43,096 bases of DNA from an uncultured Muribaculaceae bacterium. Its GTDB lineage: Bacteria; Bacillota_I; Bacilli_A; RF39; UBA660. Position 1 is the first letter of the stretch, and each line of letters starts with the position of its first letter. The position numbers and the translations under genes were made by a program. This document shows, one piece after another, positions 20,915-31,137 of the stretch. The stretch is taken from the NCBI GenBank assembly GCA_964513345.1, contig CAZELY010000005.1, positions 1-43,096 of the forward strand, read 5' to 3'. The notes beneath the pieces are model-generated. The model did no database searches. It had not been told where the DNA came from and worked only from the letters and a program-made list of their open reading frames with translations.

Positions 20915-20943
20915 TTGTCAGTTTTTTAAACTCTACATATAAT
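20915..20943 (+). promoter_or_regulatory. sigma-A promoter driving a non-coding transcript
   Basis: TTGTCA-17 bp-TATAAT. Confidence 0.7.
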
Positions 20944-20950
20944 GTTAGTA

Positions 20951-21062
20951 TAAAAGGAAGGATCCCCGAGATAGAATATCCTGGGGCTGGATAGTAAGTG
21001 CCAATTCATCTTTTAAAGATATATTTCGGGATTCGAAGAACGTTATGTTCTTCCTTTTTATT
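20951..21062 (+). ncRNA. candidate structured RNA (sRNA or attenuator/riboswitch-like leader)
   Basis: GC-enriched intergenic stretch; stem GATCCCCGAGATA/TATTTCGGGATTC, inner hairpins, terminator GAAGAAC-gttat-GTTCTTC plus T run. Confidence 0.55.
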
Positions 21063-21097
21063 TGTAATTATGCTATACTACCACAAAGGGTGATTTT

Positions 21098-21970
21098 ATG
21101 CTTAAACTAAGTAATGAATGGAAAGATTATGAATGTATCGATGCTGGAAATGGTGAAAAATTAGAGCGTTGGGGGAACATTATTTTAAGAAGACCCGATC
21201 CGCAAGCAATGTGGGAAACAACTTTTGATAAAAAGTGGCAAGATGTTGATGCATTTTATCATCGATCTTCTACTGGCGGTGGTTACTGGGAATTCAAAAA
21301 AGAACTTCCAGAGTTTTGGTTAGTTAAATACAAAGAGCTAACATTTAAAGTAACTCCGACAAATTTTAAACATACAGGTCTTTTTCCAGAACAAGCCACT
21401 AATTGGGATTTTATGATGAATAAAATTAAAAAACAAAATAGAAAAATTAAGGTATTAAACTTGTTTTCTTATACGGGCGCTGCTACTATGGCTTGCGCTA
21501 AGGCCGGGGCTGATGTGGTTCAAGTCGATGCTTCTAAAGGTATGACTAATATTGCGAAAGAAAACATGCATTTATGCGGATTAGATAATGCAAACATCAG
21601 ATTTATTGTTGATGATTGTTTAAAATTTGTCGAACGTGAATTTCGCCGTGGCAATAAGTATGATGCCATCGTTATGGATCCTCCAAGTTATGGAAGAGGT
21701 CCAAATAAAGAAGTTTGGAAATTTGAAAAAAACATTGCCATTTTACTAGATGCATGCATCAAAATATTAAGTGATGAGCCAATATTCTTACTAATCAACT
21801 CATATACAACTGGTGTTTCTAATATAGTTCTTGGGAACATGTTGAAAACAACAATGCTTAAAAAACATCCAAATGGTGTAGTAGAAACGGGTGAAGTAGG
21901 GCTGCCTATTACTAATAATGATATGATTTTACCATGTGGAATATATGGAAGATGGGAAAGCAATGATTAA
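21098..21970 (+). CDS. class I SAM-dependent methyltransferase (RlmI/RlmK-like)
   Basis: HTGLFPEQ, VLNLFSYTG, DPPSYGRG. Confidence 0.88.
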   Translation: MLKLSNEWKDYECIDAGNGEKLERWGNIILRRPDPQAMWETTFDKKWQDVDAFYHRSSTGGGYWEFKKELPEFWLVKYKELTFKVTPTNFKHTGLFPEQATNWDFMMNKIKKQNRKIKVLNLFSYTGAATMACAKAGADVVQVDASKGMTNIAKENMHLCGLDNANIRFIVDDCLKFVEREFRRGNKYDAIVMDPPSYGRGPNKEVWKFEKNIAILLDACIKILSDEPIFLLINSYTTGVSNIVLGNMLKTTMLKKHPNGVVETGEVGLPITNNDMILPCGIYGRWESND

Positions 21971-22607
21971 TATTATTTATGAAGATAATCACTTATTAGT
22001 AGTTGAAAAACCGATAAATATTCCAGTGCAAGCTGACAATAGCAAAGACCCAGATTTACTAACTATGCTAAAGGATTATTTAAAAAACAAATATAGTAAA
22101 CCCGGTAATGTATATCTAGGATTAGTACACCGATTAGACCGCCCCGTTGGTGGAGTTATGGTTTTTGCCAAAACCTCAAAAGCAGCATCAAGATTAAGTG
22201 AACAAATTCGAAATAATGCTTTTCACAAGGAATATTTGGCAGTGGTTTGTGGCAAAATAAATGATAAAGACACATTTGTTGACAAGCTTTTAAAAGATCA
22301 TAAAAAGAATATCGTAAAAGTAGATCCAAATGGTAAATTATCGGAATTAGAATATGAACTATTAGATTATCAAGAAGGGCTATCTTTAGTAAAAATATAT
22401 TTAAAGACAGGAAGATCTCATCAAATACGAGTTCAATTTTCTCATCATGGATTTCCTCTATATGGTGATCAAAAATATAACACCAATACTCCTAAGGATC
22501 AAATAGCTTTATTCGCTAGTAAAATAGAGTTTATTCATCCAACAACTAAAGAAAATGTGATTTTTGAATTACCTAAGCCAGACAGATATCCATTTAATAT
22601 TTTTTAA
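21963..22607 (+). CDS. RluA-family pseudouridine synthase
   Basis: VHRLDRPVGG, TGRSHQIRVQ, PLYGDQKY; ATG 21963 overlaps the upstream gene end. Confidence 0.92.
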   Translation: MINIIYEDNHLLVVEKPINIPVQADNSKDPDLLTMLKDYLKNKYSKPGNVYLGLVHRLDRPVGGVMVFAKTSKAASRLSEQIRNNAFHKEYLAVVCGKINDKDTFVDKLLKDHKKNIVKVDPNGKLSELEYELLDYQEGLSLVKIYLKTGRSHQIRVQFSHHGFPLYGDQKYNTNTPKDQIALFASKIEFIHPTTKENVIFELPKPDRYPFNIF

Positions 22608-22683
22608 AATAAAAGTCAATATTATTAAATTGACTTTTTTTAATTTTCTATATTATAATGTAAGTAGCATAGGAGGTTAGTAT

Positions 22684-23589
22684 ATGACTGAAGAACGTCT
22701 AAAACACTTAGAAGATATTTCCGGATTTGTTTATGGAAAAAATGTAGGCGCCCCAAAAAGAGGCACTATGATTCATCAAGATGGAAAATATTATTATATT
22801 GAAAAGGACGAGAAGGGGGCAGTTACTAAGCAAGAGGAACTAAGTCTAGAAGAAATTGGTATTATTAATAAAATGGGCCAAGAAAAAACAGAAATTGCCG
22901 AAAGAGCTGATTCCCAAGTCCAAGAAGAAAGAGAACAAGCCAAACAAGCTGAAGACTTTGCCCAAAAACATGAAATGACTGAAGCACAGCGTGAGGCTGC
23001 AGCTAAACATGATAAAGGACAGCAACGATTAATTAGAGCGTTAATTGAATTAGTAAATGCTGATTATGCGATGGTTCAATATGGTAGTAACGCGACAGTA
23101 TTAAAAACAATTAGAGATTATGATAGATTACTGGCTACCCTTTCTGAATTGCAAACGCCGGGGTTAAGTAAGCAATATATGCAGCAATTGCAGTTTGGTT
23201 TAAATCCTCGAACAGGAAAAAATGATCCCCAAAGGATTATTCAAGAATTATCAGATAGAGTTGCCGAGAATCCAGAACTTTATCAACAAAAAGATGAAGC
23301 AAGGGCAAGAAGAGCTGCAGAAGAGCGCGCAGCGGAACGAAGGGGAGAATATAAAGGTTTTAGCTTTTTAGAAAAGGCGAAACAAAAAAGCAAATTGAAA
23401 GCTGTTGATAAAATGGAAATTATTCCGGGTTTGTCACCAATCGACGCTAAAGCACGAGAATATGATCAATTATTTCAAGAAGGCAATATTATTTATGAAG
23501 AAGTACAACCTCAAATATTAGATAATCCAGAAAATAAGGCTCTTGAAGAATCTCCACAAGAGGTAGAAACGCATGAAATCACAAGATAA
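22684..23589 (+). CDS. hypothetical Q/E/A-rich helical protein
   Basis: 301-aa ORF with AGGAGG RBS and upstream TTGACT-18-TATAAT (22630-22659). Confidence 0.8.
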   Translation: MTEERLKHLEDISGFVYGKNVGAPKRGTMIHQDGKYYYIEKDEKGAVTKQEELSLEEIGIINKMGQEKTEIAERADSQVQEEREQAKQAEDFAQKHEMTEAQREAAAKHDKGQQRLIRALIELVNADYAMVQYGSNATVLKTIRDYDRLLATLSELQTPGLSKQYMQQLQFGLNPRTGKNDPQRIIQELSDRVAENPELYQQKDEARARRAAEERAAERRGEYKGFSFLEKAKQKSKLKAVDKMEIIPGLSPIDAKAREYDQLFQEGNIIYEEVQPQILDNPENKALEESPQEVETHEITR

Positions 23590-23875
23590 TTTAGAAAAAA
23601 TGCAACAGGCATTCACTGAATATATTGAAGCGGTGAAAAACTTGCCACTGTTAGATAAGAAAAAAGAAGTTGTTAATTCAATAAAAGAATTAATCTCATC
23701 AATTGATTTATTTGCCAAAAATGAAGGAATTGAATTACATTATTTAACTAGCAAAGAAGTATTAGATATTAATGATGAAAATATGCCAGAAGATGATTAT
23801 ACTGAAGCCTTATTAGTATATATAGAAACAGCCAAAAGTCTAATTGGCGAATATTTGTTATATAAAATGCAATAG
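23573..23875 (+). CDS. hypothetical acidic protein, coupled to upstream ORF
   Basis: 100-aa ORF with GAGGT RBS, overlapping the upstream gene end. Confidence 0.7.
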   Translation: MKSQDNLEKMQQAFTEYIEAVKNLPLLDKKKEVVNSIKELISSIDLFAKNEGIELHYLTSKEVLDINDENMPEDDYTEALLVYIETAKSLIGEYLLYKMQ

Positions 23876-23935
23876 TAACATTTTCGCCAGATCATGTAAA
23901 CTTTTGTCACAAACATTTATTTTTAACGTAAGAGA

Positions 23936-25594
<1,659 letters not shown>

Positions 25595-25678
25595 AGGTTT
25601 TTAACCTTTTTTTATTTTGAAAAAGGAAAAGTAAAATTAGTGACGTAGAATTTATTAGAGGGGCTAGAAAGGAGAAAA

Positions 25679-26566
25679 ATGCGCAAAACATTAATTTTGC
25701 TTATTGGAATTATTTTACTAGGGTTTTCAAGTCCGGTTGAGGCAGCAACTATAAGTTATAAAAAACTAGATAATATTTACTTTAATTTGAATGTTAATGG
25801 GGTTCATAGTTCAAATTATGTAACCATGTTTTATTTAGATAATCGTTTAGCTTATTGTATTGAACCAGGTGCCGAAATTAATACACGAGAATATGATAGT
25901 AACACTAATTGGGCAAATACTAGTATTGATATTGATACGCAAAAAGAAATCGAAAAAATAGGTTATTATGGGTATGAATATACTAATCATCAGACACCAA
26001 AATTTTATATTGCAACTCAAGAGTTAATTTGGCAAAAATTAAAAAATGTTGAGATTTATTTCACTACTGGACCAAATGGTAGCGGAACTATTATCGATAC
26101 AAGCAAAGAAAAACAAGAAATTTTAGATTTAATCAGCAAACATGAAAAAACTCCATCTTTTGCCAATAGTATCATCACTAAAAAGAAAGGTGAAACTTTA
26201 GTCTTAGAAGATCAAAACAAAGTTTTAAACGATTTTTCTTTATCCGAAAGTAAATTTCATAAAGTCAATAAAGAAGATAATAAGCTAAATATTACATTTA
26301 GCGATAGTATTAATGAAGAAACCTTGATTCTCACAAGAAATAATTATTATAATGACTTACTGCTCGTTTATACAAAACCAGGGTCACAATCTCTAGCGTC
26401 ACTTAGAATCTCTAATAGTGATGAATACTTTTTAACTTTAAAAAGTGAAGATATTCCTGTACCACAAAAAGAGATTGTTAAAGTTCCTAGTACTGGTGAT
26501 AGCCCGAAAATTACTCATTTTAAAATTTTAAAGTTTCAAAGATATGATCTTACCCATTTTATTTAA
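25679..26566 (+). CDS. secreted Cys-Gln thioester-domain (TED) surface protein with VPSTG sorting-like motif
   Basis: Signal peptide ending VEA; AYCIEPG and ATQELIW TED motifs; VKVPSTGD near C-terminus. Confidence 0.75.
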   Translation: MRKTLILLIGIILLGFSSPVEAATISYKKLDNIYFNLNVNGVHSSNYVTMFYLDNRLAYCIEPGAEINTREYDSNTNWANTSIDIDTQKEIEKIGYYGYEYTNHQTPKFYIATQELIWQKLKNVEIYFTTGPNGSGTIIDTSKEKQEILDLISKHEKTPSFANSIITKKKGETLVLEDQNKVLNDFSLSESKFHKVNKEDNKLNITFSDSINEETLILTRNNYYNDLLLVYTKPGSQSLASLRISNSDEYFLTLKSEDIPVPQKEIVKVPSTGDSPKITHFKILKFQRYDLTHFI

Positions 26567-27056
26567 TTATTTGAGTATCGTAAATACTAATGTTACTAAT
26601 TTATCACTTAATATTGCTAGACCGGTCGTTATAACTGAAAAAATATATTATGAAAACCCAACTTTAGTAATTCCAAAAATCAACTTAAAAAAAGAAGTAT
26701 ATCCAACTGATTCAGAAAAAAATCATGTTGATAAAAATATTCAAGTAATTGATGGATCTAGTTTGCCTGAAGTGCCAAATGGCAATTTCATTTTAGCGGC
26801 GCATAGTGGCTCATCAGCTATTGCTTATTTTAAACATTTAGATCAATTAACTTATAATGATAATGTATATATTTATTATAAAAAAACAAAATATCATTAT
26901 GTCATAGGTGATATTTATGATGTGTGGAAAAGCGGTTATGTTGAAATAAGAAGAAATAAAGGTAAAAACGCCATCACCCTAATTACTTGTAAAAAGGGAA
27001 CAAATATGCAAACAGTTTATGTTGGATATTTAATTTATAAAGAAAAAACTAAGTAA
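26544..27056 (+). CDS. sortase
   Basis: L.IPKINL, GNFILAAHS, F.HLDQL, ITLITC. Confidence 0.88.
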   Translation: MILPILFNYLSIVNTNVTNLSLNIARPVVITEKIYYENPTLVIPKINLKKEVYPTDSEKNHVDKNIQVIDGSSLPEVPNGNFILAAHSGSSAIAYFKHLDQLTYNDNVYIYYKKTKYHYVIGDIYDVWKSGYVEIRRNKGKNAITLITCKKGTNMQTVYVGYLIYKEKTK

Positions 27057-27104
27057 CACTTAGTTTTTTGTTATATAAAAACATATATTTAATTAGGTGA
27101 TTAT

Positions 27105-27767
27105 ATGTTTAAACGTAAATTAATGATAATTTTATTATTTTTAACTTCGCTTTTGGTAGTTAACTATGTCAGTGCTGAAAGTAAGACTTTACCTCTTTTA
27201 TCTAAAGTAATATACATAGATCCAGGACATGGTGGAGCCGATAGTGGAGCGTATTATGAAAATGTTAGAGAAGCAGATTTAAACTTAGAAATCAGTAAAA
27301 GAATTATGAACCATTTAAAAAAAGAAGGCGCTACTATTTATTTAACTAGATATGATGATTATGATTTATCGGCCAATTATGCTAATAATAGAAAAAGAAG
27401 CGACTTATCGAGAAGAGCCAATGTCATAAATAAATCTGGTTGTGACATGTATATTTCTATACATTTAAATGCTGCTTCAGCTAATGCTTGGCAAGGCGCC
27501 CAAGTGTATTATGATAACATTAATGAAAATAACAAGAAAATCGCCAAAATTTTTCAAGATGAATTTAAAATGTATCTAAACACTACAAGAAATTACAAAG
27601 AAAACAACACAAAATACATGCAACATAGAATTAATAGACCAGGCGTTTTACTGGAACTTGGCTTCTTATCTAATCAAAAAGAACGATACTTGTTAAAACA
27701 AAAAGCTTATCAAAACAAAATTGCCGATGTAGTTACTAAGGCTATTATAAAATATTACAATAGTTAA
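27105..27767 (+). CDS. cwlD: CwlD-like N-acetylmuramoyl-L-alanine amidase (Amidase_3)
   Basis: LPLLSKVIYIDPGHGG, LTR..DYDL, SIHLNA, W.GAQVYY, LLELGFLSN; N-terminal hydrophobic segment. Confidence 0.78.
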   Translation: MFKRKLMIILLFLTSLLVVNYVSAESKTLPLLSKVIYIDPGHGGADSGAYYENVREADLNLEISKRIMNHLKKEGATIYLTRYDDYDLSANYANNRKRSDLSRRANVINKSGCDMYISIHLNAASANAWQGAQVYYDNINENNKKIAKIFQDEFKMYLNTTRNYKENNTKYMQHRINRPGVLLELGFLSNQKERYLLKQKAYQNKIADVVTKAIIKYYNS

Positions 27768-27822
27768 GTTTTTATCACAAAAGGGACCCAAAATGTGTTA
27801 TAATGAATAATAGGTGATTAGT

Positions 27823-28761
27823 ATGTCAAGGTCGTTCAACAAAATATTTAGGACCATTGATGAACAAATCGCGATATTAAGGGGCAAAGGACTCATTATT
27901 GAAAATGATGAAAAAACTAAAGACCTATTGTTAAGAGAGAATTATTTCTTTATTAATGGATATCGTCATTTGTTTATGGAACCAACTACGCGGGGAAAAT
28001 TTTTGCCGGGTACAACTTTTGAAGAATTATATGCTTTATTTATATTCGATCGTAAAATGCGCAATATTTTCTTTAAAAATATTTTGATTGTAGAAAATAA
28101 CATTAAATCTTTTATTAGTTATCAATTATCAAAGAAATATGGTTTTCGTGAAAAAGATTATTTAAACCCAAAAAACTTTGTTCAAGACAAATTGTCAACT
28201 AGAAAAGTTAAAGATATTCTTAATAAAGTATATCGACAAATTAGAATCAATGGCAGACAACATTCTGCAACTACCCATTATATGGATAGTTATGGTTATA
28301 TTCCTTTATGGATATTAGTTAAAGTTTTATCTTTTGGAATAGTATCAGAATTCTTTGCTATTTTAAAACCGGCAGACCAAAGCGAAATAGCCAAATATTA
28401 TGGTATAGACGGAACGACATTGGAACGCTATTTATCACTGTTATCAAATTTTAGAAATGTTTGTGCACATGAGGATATTTTATATGATCATAAAACACAA
28501 AGATTTATTCCTGATAGTAAATATCATGAGATGCTTAATATAGAAAAAATTGAAGAAATTTATCGTTTTGGAAAAAATGATTTATATAGTTTAGTTATTA
28601 TGCTAAAACATTTACTTCGTCCAAGTGAATTTGAAGAGATGATCGTAGAGATTAAAGTGGAAATGGAAATATTAGATGAATATATTAAAATTATTCCAGT
28701 TTCTGATATTTTAACTAAGATTGGTTTTCCACCTAATTGGTATGACATTAAAGAAATGTAA
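27823..28761 (+). CDS. Abi_2 (AbiD/AbiF-like) family HEPN protein
   Basis: F.TIDEQI..L..KGL, GTTFEEL..LF.FDRKMR, PLWIL, HEPN RxxxxH motif RNVCAH. Confidence 0.8.
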   Translation: MSRSFNKIFRTIDEQIAILRGKGLIIENDEKTKDLLLRENYFFINGYRHLFMEPTTRGKFLPGTTFEELYALFIFDRKMRNIFFKNILIVENNIKSFISYQLSKKYGFREKDYLNPKNFVQDKLSTRKVKDILNKVYRQIRINGRQHSATTHYMDSYGYIPLWILVKVLSFGIVSEFFAILKPADQSEIAKYYGIDGTTLERYLSLLSNFRNVCAHEDILYDHKTQRFIPDSKYHEMLNIEKIEEIYRFGKNDLYSLVIMLKHLLRPSEFEEMIVEIKVEMEILDEYIKIIPVSDILTKIGFPPNWYDIKEM

Positions 28762-28772
28762 AGGAGTTTTAT

Positions 28773-29852
28773 ATGCGAGAAAAATTTTTACAGATTATAA
28801 TTACATTGGTTGCTTTGATTTTAGGTGTTTTAGGAACCTTATACTTTACACAAGATAAAGATGAGACAAAAACAAATTTATCTAGCAAAAAAGTTACCAT
28901 TACCGAAAGTGATTCAATAAATGAATCGATTAAAAAAATATATAACTCTGTTGTTATAGTAGAATCATTTTCTGGTGATACTCAAGCTGGAGCCGGTAGT
29001 GGCTTTGTTTATAAAAAAGAAGGCAAATATGGTTATATTTTAACTAATTATCATGTAGTATCAGGTGCTGATTCACTTAAAATTGTCAACATGAACAAAG
29101 AAGAAATTGATGCTGAATATTTAGGTGGTGATAGTTATGCCGATATAGCAGTTATTCGTATTGACGCTGATAAAGTTTTAGATGTGGCTGCTATTGGCGA
29201 CAGTACCGCATCTAAACTTGGTGACACCGTATTTACTGTTGGAACGCCAATCGATAGTGAATATATTGGTTCAGTTACTAAGGGTATTATCTCTGGTGAA
29301 AGTAGAACTGTAACTGTTTCAAATAGTAGTGGTAATTATATGATGGAAGTACTACAGACAGATGCTTCAATAAATCCTGGTAATAGCGGGGGACCACTAG
29401 TAAATATTAATGGTGAAGTTATTGGTATTACTTCAATGAAATTAGTTACTGATTCTATTGAAGGTATGGGGTTTGCTATTCCAATCGAAATTGCTATGTC
29501 AAGTGTTGATAAACTTGAAAATGGCAAAAAAATTGAAAGACCTTATGTTGGTGTAAGTATGTATGATTTGGGATCAATGGCTCTATACTTTAGAACAGAT
29601 TTAAAAATCGATAAAAATGTTAAAAATGGTGCCGTTGTGGTTGCAGTTGAGAAGAAATCACCAGCTGATGATTGCGGCTTAGAAGTTGGCGACGTCGTAA
29701 TTGAAATGGATGGCAAAAAAGTTAAAAACACCGCGCATTTTAAATACATTTTATATAAACATGATGTTGGTGACACTATAAAAGTAAAAGTAAATCGTGA
29801 TGGCAAAGAAAAAGACTTAACATTAAAATTAAGCCAAGCATTAGGAGATTAA
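28773..29852 (+). CDS. htrA: HtrA/DegP-family serine protease with PDZ domain
   Basis: TNYHVV, DIAVI, INPGNSGGPL, C-terminal PDZ, N-terminal TM. Confidence 0.93.
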   Translation: MREKFLQIIITLVALILGVLGTLYFTQDKDETKTNLSSKKVTITESDSINESIKKIYNSVVIVESFSGDTQAGAGSGFVYKKEGKYGYILTNYHVVSGADSLKIVNMNKEEIDAEYLGGDSYADIAVIRIDADKVLDVAAIGDSTASKLGDTVFTVGTPIDSEYIGSVTKGIISGESRTVTVSNSSGNYMMEVLQTDASINPGNSGGPLVNINGEVIGITSMKLVTDSIEGMGFAIPIEIAMSSVDKLENGKKIERPYVGVSMYDLGSMALYFRTDLKIDKNVKNGAVVVAVEKKSPADDCGLEVGDVVIEMDGKKVKNTAHFKYILYKHDVGDTIKVKVNRDGKEKDLTLKLSQALGD

Positions 29853-29865
29853 AATCTCCTTTTTT
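29843..29865. terminator. bidirectional terminator htrA/cwlJ
   Basis: AGGAGATT-aa-AATCTCCT followed by T run. Confidence 0.7.
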
Positions 29866-30292
29866 AATGTATCTCTATACATAATCCTTTTTCTGGTTCA
29901 TAGAAACAATGACTTTTATATCTGCCACTTAATCTTTGATCCCACCAAGTATTTTGACAAGCAACTCCAGTTTTAGGAGCATAAAACCATAAAGCATTAG
30001 TAGCTGGATAATAATATTCGCCTTTAATTATGCGTTTTGCTAAATCTTTTTCTAAAGTCGTTGGGTTACTATAAAAAATTGGACTATTTATACTTGAAAA
30101 TCCCCCAGGAGATTGATATACAACTTCAGTAATTGTTCTAGTGTTTTTAAAAGTAAGACAATTTGCTAGTGCCCTGTTGGCAACAACGTTACCTACCATT
30201 AGCATTCCAAGATTTCCTTCACCGATAGCTTCAGCTCGCATAATACGGGCTAATAATTCTTCTTCTTTGTCAGAAGTTTGGAGTATAGCCAT
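29864..30292 (-). CDS. cwlJ: spore cortex-lytic enzyme CwlJ (Hydrolase_2)
   Basis: LARIMRAEA.GEG..GML.VGNV..NR..ANC..FK, YKSHCFY.P closely follow Bacillus CwlJ. Confidence 0.88.
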   Translation of the reverse strand: MAILQTSDKEEELLARIMRAEAIGEGNLGMLMVGNVVANRALANCLTFKNTRTITEVVYQSPGGFSSINSPIFYSNPTTLEKDLAKRIIKGEYYYPATNALWFYAPKTGVACQNTWWDQRLSGRYKSHCFYEPEKGLCIEIH

Positions 30293-30331
30293 AAAATCAC
30301 CTTTTATATTTTATGAAAAGTATTTAAAAAG

Positions 30332-30360
30332 TTGAATAAAATTCAAGGATATGGTATAAT
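30332..30360 (+). promoter_or_regulatory. sigma-A promoter of tRNA-Trp
   Basis: TTGAAT-17 bp-TATAAT with TG extension. Confidence 0.7.
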
Positions 30361-30376
30361 TAGCTTGTCCTTTTTT

Positions 30377-30452
30377 AGGGGAATAGTTCAGCTGGTAGAA
30401 CGTCGGTCTCCAAAACCGAATGTCGTGGGTTCAAATCCTGCTTCCCCTGCCA
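30377..30452 (+). tRNA. tRNA-Trp (anticodon CCA)
   Basis: 76-nt cloverleaf, acceptor AGGGGAA/TTCCCCT, anticodon loop CT-CCA-AA, T loop GTTCAAATC, encoded CCA end. Confidence 0.97.
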
Positions 30453-30462
30453 TTTAGATTTC

Positions 30463-30485
30463 AAAGTAGCCTAGCTACTTTTTTT
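30463..30485 (+). terminator. terminator after tRNA-Trp
   Basis: AAAGTAGC-cta-GCTACTTT plus T run. Confidence 0.8.
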
Positions 30486-30512
30486 CATGATATAATATTT
30501 CTAGGTGATAAT

Positions 30513-31082
30513 ATGCTAATAGTAGAAGTTGGTTTAAAATTAAATAATAGTTTTGACTATTATGACAATATTTTAAATAATAATGGATTAATAAATGATT
30601 ATAATGTGACAACTCATGATATTTATTATACTAATAAAGATTTAAATGGTATGAGTGAAAATGAAATGAAGAATGCGTGTATAAGACTACGAAGCTGTAA
30701 TAATGAAGATTTTAAAGTACAAAATAATCTATTACCTGAAATAGATATAAAAATAGTAAAACAAAAATCATTAAATGAATTTGAAGAAAGACTACATAAA
30801 TTTGGATATAATAAAGTATTTGATACGATAAAAAAAGATCATCATTATTTTAAAGAAGGAATGAATAGTAAAATACAATTACAAGAAATTGATAGTATTG
30901 GATTACTAGTGTATTTTGATAATAGTAATTATTATGATTTGGATTTAGATACCCAAAGAAATAAATTAATAGATGAATTAAATCTATATGGATTTGATTT
31001 TAAATATGATGACTTAGGATTAGATAAATTAAGAACTTTATACTATGGAAAGGAAATGTATAGTAAAAATCAAAATGGATAA
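30513..31082 (+). CDS. hypothetical protein, possibly degenerate CYTH-fold
   Basis: ATG 30513 after AGGTGA (the track start lies inside the tRNA); EVGLK, HDIYY, IRLR pattern reminiscent of CYTH. Confidence 0.65.
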   Translation: MLIVEVGLKLNNSFDYYDNILNNNGLINDYNVTTHDIYYTNKDLNGMSENEMKNACIRLRSCNNEDFKVQNNLLPEIDIKIVKQKSLNEFEERLHKFGYNKVFDTIKKDHHYFKEGMNSKIQLQEIDSIGLLVYFDNSNYYDLDLDTQRNKLIDELNLYGFDFKYDDLGLDKLRTLYYGKEMYSKNQNG

Positions 31083-31137
31083 AACAAAGTTTGAAACCCC
31101 TATGATTATCGTGCCATTAGAATATTAAAACACTAAC

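Noticed and set aside
20951-21062. Assignment of the RNA candidate as 6S, SRP, canonical SAM-I or a self-cleaving ribozyme
   Set aside because: Too short for typical 6S, lacks the SRP helix-8 motif, lacks SAM-I P2/P3, and no ribozyme core recognised; kept as unassigned
25615-25655. Possible sigma-H/ECF promoter (AGGA...GAAT or TGAAA...CGTA) before the TED gene
   Set aside because: Spacing does not fit the consensus for either sigma class
30420-30512. N-terminal extension of the 30420..31082 ORF
   Set aside because: Overlaps tRNA-Trp and its terminator; the RBS supports ATG 30513
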